The notes below the pieces were generated by a model that saw only the letters and a list, made by a program, of their open reading frames with translations, was not told the origin of the DNA and ran no database searches. The translations under genes and the position numbers were made by a program. Source: Myxococcales bacterium (GTDB lineage Bacteria; Myxococcota; Myxococcia; Myxococcales; Anaeromyxobacteraceae). Taken from it: 26,426 bases of DNA. Below are positions 18,454-25,733 of this stretch, in pieces; position 1 is the stretch's first letter, and each line of letters begins with the position of its first letter. Where the stretch lies: the NCBI GenBank assembly GCA_038320275.1, contig JBBQEB010000037.1, forward strand, positions 1 through 26,426, written 5' to 3'.

Positions 18454-19620
18454 TTACGCAGCCTTGGCTTCGGCGGCCTCCTTCGACTTGAGCAGGGACA
18501 TCTCCAGGTAGCGGCGGTCGGTCCAGATGGCGGTCACGTTGAGCGCGACGGCGGTGACCAGGCGCAGGGCGCTGGCCCGGTCGGGGAAGGCGCCGACAGC
18601 GTTGGTCCGGCGCTTGATTACGCCGTGGAGCCGCTCGAGCCCGTTGGTGGAGCGGATGCGGTGCCAGTGAGCCTTGGGGAAGGCGTAGAACTTGGTGGCC
18701 GCCTCGAACCCGGCCTCGAGGCAAGCCATCGACTCCGGGAGCTGCCGCCCGAGACCGGCGGCGAGGTCCGCCATCCGCCTGCGAGCCTCGGCCTTGGTGG
18801 GCGCCAGGAAGACCTGCCAGACCGCCTTGGCAAGCCGCGCCCTTAGCTTCTGGGGGGCCTTCCCGACGACGTTCCGCTGTAGGTGGACGCAGCACCGCTG
18901 CTGCTGCGCCTCCGGCAGGTGGTGACGCACAGCCTTGGCGATCCCCGCGTGCGCGTCGGCGATGACGAGTTGCACCCCCGACAGGCCGCGCTTGTTGAGC
19001 TGGGCGAGCAGGTCGCTCCAAGACGCCTCCGACTCCTCCGCGCCGATGGTGACCGCCAAGAGCTGCCGGTGGCCGTCCAGGCCGACGCCGTAAGCCACCA
19101 GCGCCGAGACATTCTCGACCTCCCGCGCCCACCAGGCGTCGAGGAAGGTGGCGTCGAGGAACAGGTAGGGAATCGGGCCCTCGACGGGAGCCTTCCGGAG
19201 ATCTTCGACCTTCGTCCCAAGCGTCTTCGCTGCCCGGCTCACGGTGGAGCGGCTCACGTGCTCGCCCATGAGCGCCTCGGTGATCTGGCCGATGTCGCGC
19301 GTCGAGGCGCCGTGCACGTAGGCGGCCACCATGGTGTCGTCGACCTCGGCGCTCCTGCGCTTGTACCGCTCGAACACCGCACCGCCTGCGGAGCCGCCCT
19401 CGCGAGAGCGCGGCACCTTGAGGTCGATGGCGCCCATCGAGGTGATGAGACGTCGCAGGTACGTCCCGTTGCGGCTGTCGACCCGTTGGGCCTGGCGCTC
19501 CCACTTCTTCGCGCCGACGAGGGCTCGGATCTCTTCCTCCAGGACGACTTCCAGGGCGACCCGGATCGCGCCCTGGCAGAGGGCCCGGAGGTCGGTGCGG
19601 AAGTTCTCTTGCGTTGGCAA
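18454..19620 (-). CDS. IS256-family DDE transposase
   Basis: RNGTYLRRLITSMG, VPRSR, YVHGASTRDI, YLFLDA (D1), VIADAH (D2), QRCCVH, RSTNGLER (E). Start uncertain: in-frame TTG 19620, while the best RBS+GTG (19744) is out of frame. Confidence 0.93.
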   Translation of the reverse strand: MPTQENFRTDLRALCQGAIRVALEVVLEEEIRALVGAKKWERQAQRVDSRNGTYLRRLITSMGAIDLKVPRSREGGSAGGAVFERYKRRSAEVDDTMVAAYVHGASTRDIGQITEALMGEHVSRSTVSRAAKTLGTKVEDLRKAPVEGPIPYLFLDATFLDAWWAREVENVSALVAYGVGLDGHRQLLAVTIGAEESEASWSDLLAQLNKRGLSGVQLVIADAHAGIAKAVRHHLPEAQQQRCCVHLQRNVVGKAPQKLRARLAKAVWQVFLAPTKAEARRRMADLAAGLGRQLPESMACLEAGFEAATKFYAFPKAHWHRIRSTNGLERLHGVIKRRTNAVGAFPDRASALRLVTAVALNVTAIWTDRRYLEMSLLKSKEAAEAKAA

Positions 19621-19790
19621 CTCAAGCTCGGCAACCTCCCTCGACTCGGGCGCTCTATGACGTGCTCCACGCCGGCGGGTATCGACCCATCGCGCAGGCG
19701 GGGCGGGTGCTCGTGGTCTCGGCGTGCGAGGAGTCCTCTGGCACGGCCGTCCTCCGGTCTCCGCCGTACCGCTAAGGTGAAAGCGCAGGC

Positions 19791-20867
19791 TTACGAACTG
19801 GGGCCGGCGGGCGCACGCGCGGAAAAGAGTCGGGGAACGCGCGTCTGCAAAGCACGTCGGCGCTCCATGGCATCTACGGAGAGGTGCAGGGCTCGATGGC
19901 AGTTCGGGCAGAGGGCCACGGCATTCGTCACCCGGTCGCGCCCACCCTGGGCGAGCGGCGTGACGTGGTGCACCTCCAAGAACGGCTCCCCCGCCGCTGT
20001 GACGAACGGGGCCGTGGCGCCGCATGCCTCGCAGATCCCATGCGCTGCGTCGAGCACCCAAGCCTTCACGGAGGCGAGCCGCTCGTACCCGAATACGTTT
20101 GAGAGACCGACACGTCGTGGCTCGTCGCTTCCGGAAGGAGGTGCCGTCTGCACGCCCGTACGCAACAATGCTGCAACGCGCACTTCCAGCTCAGCAGGGT
20201 CTGCAGTGGGTTCATCTGCCGCCGCCGTGGCATCCGGACCTGCGGTGCTCGGTGTGGGCGAAACCGGCAAGCTCCGTGACTCGCGCAAGCTGCGGTTGGC
20301 GACCGGTGTCGTATCGAGAGCGGTTGGAGAGGCAGGATCGAGGGCTATAGCATCAAGCGGGTGCGCTACGGCCGCAGCAGGAGCAAACAGAGTGACTGGC
20401 GCCGGTCTCTGTCGCCGAACAGGCGGAGCTGCGACCACGGGCTCCTCCTCGCGCGCGAGCGCGTTTAACGCGCTCAGGATAGCGTCGACCCCGTCCTCCC
20501 ACATCCCAGCGTCGAAGGTGGGTTTCTTGTCGGAGGTGGTTTCCCCTTCCTGGAGCCGCTTCCATTCCAGCTTGTGCGCTAGTCCATCCAGCGCGTTCTG
20601 AACTTTCCGACGTCCGCCGTGATGGTCGGTCATCAGCATAAGCCTGCCGCTGCTCTCCACCTTGAGGACGGAGGCCGTCGGCGAGACGGAGGTCACAAAG
20701 AGCAGCATGGAGTCATCGTTCGGGTTCTCATTGAACACGATCGCGAACGATGCTTCCTCGCCGAGCGCGCGAAGCTGCTCAATAGCGGTTCGCGTCTTCA
20801 GGTCGAGTTTGTTCGTGCGGACCTTTTCGAAGAACCCCTCCTCATTCGTCACATCGGCTGGCGCCAT
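19791..20867 (-). CDS. McrA-like HNH endonuclease with unrecognised N-terminal domain (candidate type IV restriction enzyme)
   Basis: AAAGGAGG RBS before ATG 20867 (358 aa). C-terminus VKAWVL..AHGICEACGATAPF....GEPFLEVHHVTPLAQGGRD...NAVALCPNCHRALH resembles the E. coli McrA nuclease domain as I recall it; Pro/Ala-rich linker in the middle. Confidence 0.88.
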   Translation of the reverse strand: MAPADVTNEEGFFEKVRTNKLDLKTRTAIEQLRALGEEASFAIVFNENPNDDSMLLFVTSVSPTASVLKVESSGRLMLMTDHHGGRRKVQNALDGLAHKLEWKRLQEGETTSDKKPTFDAGMWEDGVDAILSALNALAREEEPVVAAPPVRRQRPAPVTLFAPAAAVAHPLDAIALDPASPTALDTTPVANRSLRESRSLPVSPTPSTAGPDATAAADEPTADPAELEVRVAALLRTGVQTAPPSGSDEPRRVGLSNVFGYERLASVKAWVLDAAHGICEACGATAPFVTAAGEPFLEVHHVTPLAQGGRDRVTNAVALCPNCHRALHLSVDAMERRRALQTRVPRLFSARAPAGPSS

Positions 20868-21060
20868 CGTAACCTCCTTTCCTGGAACGGCTGGGTCGCC
20901 GCAAAGACGATACCGAATCCGGCGTGCGAGGGGGTTGTCACGGCCGGGGGACTTGAGAATGTACCGCACCCCTGACCGATCCCCTCATTCCCGAGGTCGC
21001 GGACTTGACCAAGAGCCAGAACGCGGAGAAGTAGACCTACCCAGCGGCGTTTACGCCCCG

Positions 21061-21130
21061 GGTGATCGCCCCACCGGAATGGGTGATCGGCATTGGCCGG
21101 AATGGCTGATCGGCATGGCCGGAATCCGCA
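21061..21130. mobile_element. Orphan IS21-family terminus with three tandem ~22-bp repeats
   Basis: Three copies of G(G/C)TGATCG(G/C)C....CCGGAAT ending in ...CCGCA (TGCGG on the minus strand); a TG...CA end with multiple internal transposase-binding repeats is typical of IS21. No istA/istB beside it. Confidence 0.75.
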
Positions 21131-21135
21131 CTTAA

Positions 21136-21181
21136 GTCGGGAGACAGGATTCGACCCTGCGACCCCTTGGTCCCGAACCAA
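21136..21181 (-). repeat. 3' half of tRNA-Pro(CGG), att-like scar, copy 1
   Basis: Minus strand TTGGTTCGGGACCAAGGGGTCGCAGGGTCGAATCCTGTCTCCCGAC: anticodon loop TT-CGG-GA, variable loop, T-arm (GTTC changed to GGTC), acceptor 3' strand; no D-arm or 5' half. Confidence 0.85.
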
Positions 21182-21186
21182 TCAAC

Positions 21187-21205
21187 GCCCCCAGCGCCAG
21201 GGGGC
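21187..21205 (-). terminator. Possible terminator hairpin after the antitoxin
   Basis: GCCCCC-N7-GGGGGC directly after the antitoxin stop; weak T-tract. Confidence 0.35.
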
Positions 21206-21210
21206 CCGCT

Positions 21211-21525
21211 CTACCCGAGAAGGGCCTCCGGGTGCTTTTTCGCGACCGACAGGAGCTTGAGCGCCGCATCCGAGGGACGCCGCGCGCTCGTCTCCCATGC
21301 CTGGACCGTCTTCGGGCTCACGTTCAGGATGCGGGCGAAGGCCGCCTGGGAGACTCGAAGCCGACTGCGGACCGCGAGCACTTCCTTGGCGCCCATCGCC
21401 GGCGGCGGCTCGAGCTCGACATCCCGTACGGTCAGCTGGCGATCACCGCGGTGATAGGCGATGGCGTCCTCGAGCCCAGCCTTGAACCTGGCGAACGCCG
21501 ACGTCCTGCTGGTCTTCTTCTTCAT
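21211..21525 (-). CDS. HigA-like XRE helix-turn-helix antitoxin
   Basis: VRSRLRVSQAAFARILNVSPKTVQAWETSARRPSDAALKLL; ATGA overlap with the toxin. Confidence 0.9.
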   Translation of the reverse strand: MKKKTSRTSAFARFKAGLEDAIAYHRGDRQLTVRDVELEPPPAMGAKEVLAVRSRLRVSQAAFARILNVSPKTVQAWETSARRPSDAALKLLSVAKKHPEALLG

Positions 21526-21878
21526 GGCTCAGATTCCTCCTTCAGCTGCTTCACCAGTGCTGCAACCTGCCGCAGCTCGGCGGCCGTGAGATCGGCTTTC
21601 TCGTGCTTCCCGAAGATCGCGACCAGGTGCGTGATCTCCCGTCGGGGAAGATCGAGGTGATAGATGCGCGCGCCCCCGCTCTTGCCCCAACCCACGCTCC
21701 GCTGGCTGAGCCGGAGCTTCCTGAGCCCACCCGTTCCAGGGACGAGGTCGCCAGCCCGCGCGTCGGCCAGGATGCTCTGCTCCATTGCGACCAGGTCGTC
21801 ATGCGACAGCTCACGCCCCCGCTCGAGCTTGCGGCGGTCCTCGCTGAAGCCGGCCGACTCCACGAATCGCCGCTTCAC
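21522..21878 (-). CDS. RelE/HigB-family toxin
   Basis: FVES..F; GDLVPGTGGLRKLR; GKSGGARI; IFGKHEKADLT; toxin-first gene order. Confidence 0.9.
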   Translation of the reverse strand: MKRRFVESAGFSEDRRKLERGRELSHDDLVAMEQSILADARAGDLVPGTGGLRKLRLSQRSVGWGKSGGARIYHLDLPRREITHLVAIFGKHEKADLTAAELRQVAALVKQLKEESEP

Positions 21879-21884
21879 CCAGCT

Positions 21885-21914
21885 ATACTACCAGGTGGGC
21901 ATCCTACTGGGTAG
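21885..21914 (-). promoter_or_regulatory. TA promoter (extended -10) with two palindromic operator candidates
   Basis: TGgTAGTAT 6 nt before GTG 21878; CTAC-cag-GTGG (21888-21898) and CTAC-tgg-GTAG (21904-21914). Confidence 0.6.
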
Positions 21915-22120
21915 CATGGCACGGCGCGCGCTCCGCGGGGACCGCCTCGGAAGTGCCCCCGGTGATACTCGCCTGGAGTTCGATCACCATCCGCGCCCGA
22001 TTCCGCACTCCGGCACCACACCGACCTGACCCTCGTCGAACTGCGCCGAGCGACCTCGCGGAGCAGCCCCTCGGCTCGGCCGGCGGCCGGCGGCCGGCGG
22101 GCTTCGGCCGGAGACGCTTG

Positions 22121-22161
22121 CGGAGACAGGATTCGAACGTGCGACCCCTTGGTCCCGAACC
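22121..22161 (-). repeat. 3' half of tRNA-Pro(CGG), att-like scar, copy 2
   Basis: GGTTCGGGACCAAGGGGTCGCACGTTCGAATCCTGTCTCCG; 22122-22161 matches 21140-21179 at 38 of 40 positions. Confidence 0.85.
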
Positions 22162-22251
22162 CCGCTTGGGTGAACGGGCGCCGTGTCCGGACCCGGGCGA
22201 TGAAAGTCACGCTTCGCATTACTTGACCCCATCGAAGCCGGATAGTCCGGG

Positions 22252-22460
22252 ATGACCGCGACCGCCTACACCACCGACCTCGCCGCGAGCGGCGGGCACC
22301 ACTTCACGACCGCGGACGCCCCCCGCGCGCTCGGCGTTTCGCTCGTGGCGACCCGCGCCGCTCTTCGCCGGCTCGCCAGCAAGGGCGCCATCGCGTCGCC
22401 GGCGCGCGACTTCCACCTGATCGTTTCCCCGAGCATCGGCGACTGCGATGCCTTCCGCCG
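22252..22460 (+). pseudogene. Type IV TA antitoxin AbiEi-family N-terminal remnant
   Basis: LAASGGHHFTTADA..ALGVS...RAALRRL..KG.IASPAR.FHLIV, then after a frameshift near 22428 PEHRRLRCLP (family pattern PEYRRLGCLP); truncated. Confidence 0.7.
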
Positions 22461-22462
22461 CG

Positions 22463-22765
22463 GTGCTCCGGGGCGCGGTCGACCGGGCGCGGCTCGGCAA
22501 CAACGACCGGATGGCGGCCCTGCGGCAGCTCGACGCCGAGTCGCGGCGCCTCGCGACCGCCGCGCGCGGTCCGTCGCTGCCGGAGTTCCTGGCGGAAGGG
22601 CGTCGCGCCAGCGCGGAGCGGGGAGGGCGCACGGTGCACGGCCCCGCAGTAGCGCGAGGCGGGGTCCCACTCCCCCTCCTCTCCCTCCGGGACGGAGAGG
22701 GGCGGGGGCGAAGGCGCCTCTTCACCCTCCGCGCCCGCCCACCGGACAGCTTTCGCTGGTGCTGA
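22463..22765 (+). pseudogene. C-terminal remnant of a DUF763-like protein
   Basis: VLRGAVDRARLG...MAALRQLDAESRRL...ARGPSL.EFLAE.R..S..RGGRTV resembles DUF763 C-termini as I recall them; no N-terminus. Confidence 0.55.
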
Positions 22766-22852
22766 CGGCCCGTGAGCGGCTCCGCCAGCCGGGGGGGAGC
22801 ACAACCTGCGCGGGCCGGGAGCTGGGCCCCGGGTTGAGGTAGACAGGTCGCA

Positions 22853-23550
22853 ATGCTCCCGGGCCGACCGCACGCGATCCCGCCGCGCCCGATCACGAGC
22901 GCCGTCCTCCCGCCCCGCCGGGGCCTGCTCGCGCTCGCTGACGCGCTGGTCCCCCCGCCGCTCGCCCTCTTCGAGCACGCGATGGGTCTCGCCCTCACGC
23001 ACCTCCTCCACGCGGCGGCGCGCCTGCGTCTCGCCGATGCGCTGGCCGCCGGGCCGCGCACGGCGACCGAGCTGGCGGCCGCCACCGGAGCGCACGAGGA
23101 CGGGCTGTTCAGGGTGGTGCGCGCGCTCGCGTCGAGCGGGATCTTCGCGCTGCGGCCGGACGGCCGCTTCGAGAACGACCGGCTCTCGCGAGGGATGCTC
23201 GCCGGGTCGCCGGCAGCTTTTTCGAGGCGGTGCCCGCCGGCTGCGACGTGTACGTCCTGCGCGACGTGCTCCACGACCAAGACGACCTCGGCGCGGGGCG
23301 CATCCTCGCCGCGTGCGGCCGCGCAGCCGGGCCGGACGCGCGGGTGGTCGTCGCGGAGATCCTGCTCGACCGCACGGCGGCCGCCTCCCCGGGGCTGCTC
23401 ATCGACGTGCAGATGATGATGGCCACCACGGGTAGCCGGCAGCGGAGCGCGAGCGAGCACGCGGCCCTCCTCTCCCGCGCCGGCTTCCGCGCCGGCCGCG
23501 TGATCGAGCTGCCCGGGGTCCCCTGCCTCGTGGAGGGCGTGGCCTCCTGA
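22853..23550 (+). pseudogene. O-methyltransferase (COMT/Methyltransf_2 type) with internal deletion and frameshift
   Basis: N-terminal dimerisation helices (AARLRLADALAAGPRTATELA...LFRVVRALASSGIF) joined out of frame at about 23206 to AGSFFEAVPAGCDVYVLRDVLHD...RQRSASEHAALLSRAGF; the SAM-binding DxGGGxG segment is absent. Confidence 0.85.
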
Positions 23551-24803
23551 TGGCGACCACCTCCCTCCAGGGCTCGCCGGCCGACCCCGTGGCTCCACGA
23601 CCGGCGATCCGCGCGAGGCTCCACGCGCTCGCGCCGTTCATTCCGGTGATCTTCGTCCTGGGGGCGGCCGGCGACGACCTCGTCTCCCGCACGCGCGTCG
23701 GGGTGGACTTCGAGGTCTACTACCGCGCCGCGGTCCGCTTCGTCGCGGGAGAGCCGCTCTACCAGCTCGCCGACGGCAAGATGTGCTGGAAGTACTCGCC
23801 CGCGGCGGCGGCGCTGCTGACCCCGTTCACGATGCTGCCCGCGCGCGTGGGGAACGTCTTCTACAACCTGGGCTCGGCGGCGGCCCTCGTCTTCTACTTC
23901 CGCTTCGGCGCCTCGCTCCCGCGGGCCGATCGCGGCCTCGCCGGGAACCTCGCGGCGACCTTCTACGCGATGCCGCTGTACGTGCTGCTCTTCTTCTTCG
24001 GGCAGAGCGACGCCCTGCTCCTCGCCCTGGCGGTCCTCTCCGAGCGCGACGCGGAGCGGCGGCCCTGGCGCTCCGGCCTCCTCTGGGCCGTCGCGCTGCT
24101 CTTCAAGCCGCCCATGCTCATCCTGGGGGTCCTCGCGATCGCAGGCCGGCAGTGGCGGCGGATCGCATGGGCCGCCGGCTTCAGCTCGGCGCTCCTAAGC
24201 GTGGGCCTCGCCCGGTACGGGCTGACGGCGGGGATCGCGGAGCTCGGCGCCTGGCGGCACCTGCTCGCGACGACCACGCCACCGCTCATCTGTCCCGGCG
24301 ACAACCAGAGCGTGTTCGGCGTCGTCTGCGGCTGGATCGCGACTCCCGAGCGGCCGCTCGCCTTCCGCGCGGGGGTCGCGCTCCTCGGCGGCTCGGCGGT
24401 CCTCGCGCTCGCCATCCCGCTCGTGCGCATCGCCCGGCGCGACGCGGACGCCGCACGCGCGCTGGCCCTCGCGGCGGCGCTGCACATGGCGGCCTTCCTG
24501 TCGCCGCTGGGCTGGCGCGTGAACCTGCTCGCCGCGGTCCCGTTCGCGTACGTGCTCGCGGGCCTCGCCCGCACGGCTCGCCGGGTGGCCCTTCGCGCCG
24601 CCGCGGCGGGCGTCCTGGGTGTCATGCTCGTGATCGGGAACCTGACCGAGGCGGCGCTGGGCCGGACCGTCATCGGCGCGCTCCTGGACGGTAGGTTCTG
24701 GGGGCTGGGCGTGCTGGGGATGGCGCTCGTCGCGACGTGGGGCGTGGCGGTGGACGGAACCGGCTCGCGCGCAGCCGGCAGCCCCGGCAGCGATGCTCGG
24801 TGA
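23550..24803 (+). CDS. GT87/DUF2029-type GT-C membrane glycosyltransferase
   Basis: DFEVYYRAA, KYSP, GQSD, FKPP, NQS motifs; many TM segments; TGATG coupling to the upstream gene. Confidence 0.85.
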   Translation: MATTSLQGSPADPVAPRPAIRARLHALAPFIPVIFVLGAAGDDLVSRTRVGVDFEVYYRAAVRFVAGEPLYQLADGKMCWKYSPAAAALLTPFTMLPARVGNVFYNLGSAAALVFYFRFGASLPRADRGLAGNLAATFYAMPLYVLLFFFGQSDALLLALAVLSERDAERRPWRSGLLWAVALLFKPPMLILGVLAIAGRQWRRIAWAAGFSSALLSVGLARYGLTAGIAELGAWRHLLATTTPPLICPGDNQSVFGVVCGWIATPERPLAFRAGVALLGGSAVLALAIPLVRIARRDADAARALALAAALHMAAFLSPLGWRVNLLAAVPFAYVLAGLARTARRVALRAAAAGVLGVMLVIGNLTEAALGRTVIGALLDGRFWGLGVLGMALVATWGVAVDGTGSRAAGSPGSDAR

Positions 24804-24975
24804 GCCACTCCCGGCCGGAGCTCCAGGAGCGGGATCCTTCCCTGGCGGGGAGGATCGACCTCGCAGCGCGGCCCGTCCAACGGGCGCCCGCGCCTCCAAC
24901 GACATCGCCGCCGCGTCGGCGCTGGTCGGGGAGCTGCATGCGCGGAGGTAGCGACCGCCGACTCGGCGCCGCGCT

Positions 24976-25595
24976 TCAGCGCTCGCTGTCGAGGTCTCTC
25001 ATCTGGGCCGAGGCGTACCGGACCCCGGCGGCCGAGCCGCGAGGGATGGCCTCCTCGATGCGCGCGAGGTCGTCCGCGGAGAGGCTCAGCGCGAGGGCGC
25101 CGAGCGCCTCCTCGAGCTGCGCTCGCGTGCGCGCTCCGATCACCGGGACGACGGTCCGACCCCGCGACATCACCCACGCGATGGCGAGTGGGATGGCGTC
25201 GCGCCGCGCTCGGCCGCCAGGCCGCGCAACGCCGCCGCGAGCCGCTGGTTCGCCTCCCGGTTCGACCCGGTGAAGCGCGGCAAGTACGCGCGGTAGTCGC
25301 CCCTGGCGGCCGGCCTGGACCCGCTCAGCAGCCCGCGCGACAGCACGCCGTACGCAGTGGCCCCGACTCCGAGCTCCGCGAGCGCGGGGAGGATCTTCTC
25401 CTCGGGGCCGCGGCTCAGGAGCGAGTACTCGATCTGCACGTCGCAGATCGGGTGCACCGCGTGGGCACGGCGCACGGTCTCCGCGCCGACCTCCGAGAGG
25501 CCCACGTGGCGGACGTACCCCGCCTTCACGAGCTCGGCGAGGGCTCCGACCGTCTCCTCGATGGGCACGGCCGGGTCGAGGCGCGCGGGACGGTA
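24976..25595 (-). pseudogene. Aldo/keto reductase, 5'-truncated and frameshifted
   Basis: [35 protein letters not shown]...QIEYSLLSR...YGVLSRGLL; frameshift near 25190, then [19 protein letters not shown]...GVRY; N-terminal part missing. Confidence 0.9.
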
Positions 25596-25733
25596 TCAAG
25601 TGCGCACCCGCACCCCGCGTTACGACGCAGGGTGAGTTCCGGAGGGTCTTTGCGCAAGCGGACGAGCCCCAAGACGCCCGGTTCCGGAGGCGGCCGCGAC
25701 GGCGCGGCGCCGGCGTTAACAACGGTCCTGAGC

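Larger units (their letters stand above)
18399..21010 (-). mobile_element. Putative IS256-family element carrying a passenger HNH gene
   Basis: GGTCAAGTCC (18399-18408) and its perfect inverse GGACTTGACC (21001-21010) bracket the transposase and HNH genes. The 18399 end reads ...ACACAGAAAAAGGGACTTGACC on the minus strand, like IS256 ends. No target-site duplication seen. Confidence 0.55.

Noticed and set aside
19791..20867. RNA-guided nuclease (IscB, Cas9-like or HEARO) associated with a transposon
   Set aside because: No RuvC motifs, PLMP N-terminus or bridge helix; the HNH is McrA-type, the transposase is DDE IS256 rather than IS200/IS605, and no clear structured RNA is adjacent.
18391..21018. 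Target-site duplication for the IS256 element
   Set aside because: Flanks CCTGCCGG and AAGAGCCA do not match.
21061..21130. Possible mini CRISPR array
   Set aside because: Repeats are adjacent with no unique spacers, no cas genes are present, and the TG...CA end fits an IS21 terminus.
22077..22100. Short (CGGCCGG)n tandem repeat
   Set aside because: About three units of pure GC; expected by chance or slippage, with no evident function.
21136..22161. Functional or split tRNA-Pro genes
   Set aside because: Both copies are 3' halves with T-arm mutations and no CCA; no 5' half or D-arm found in the window.
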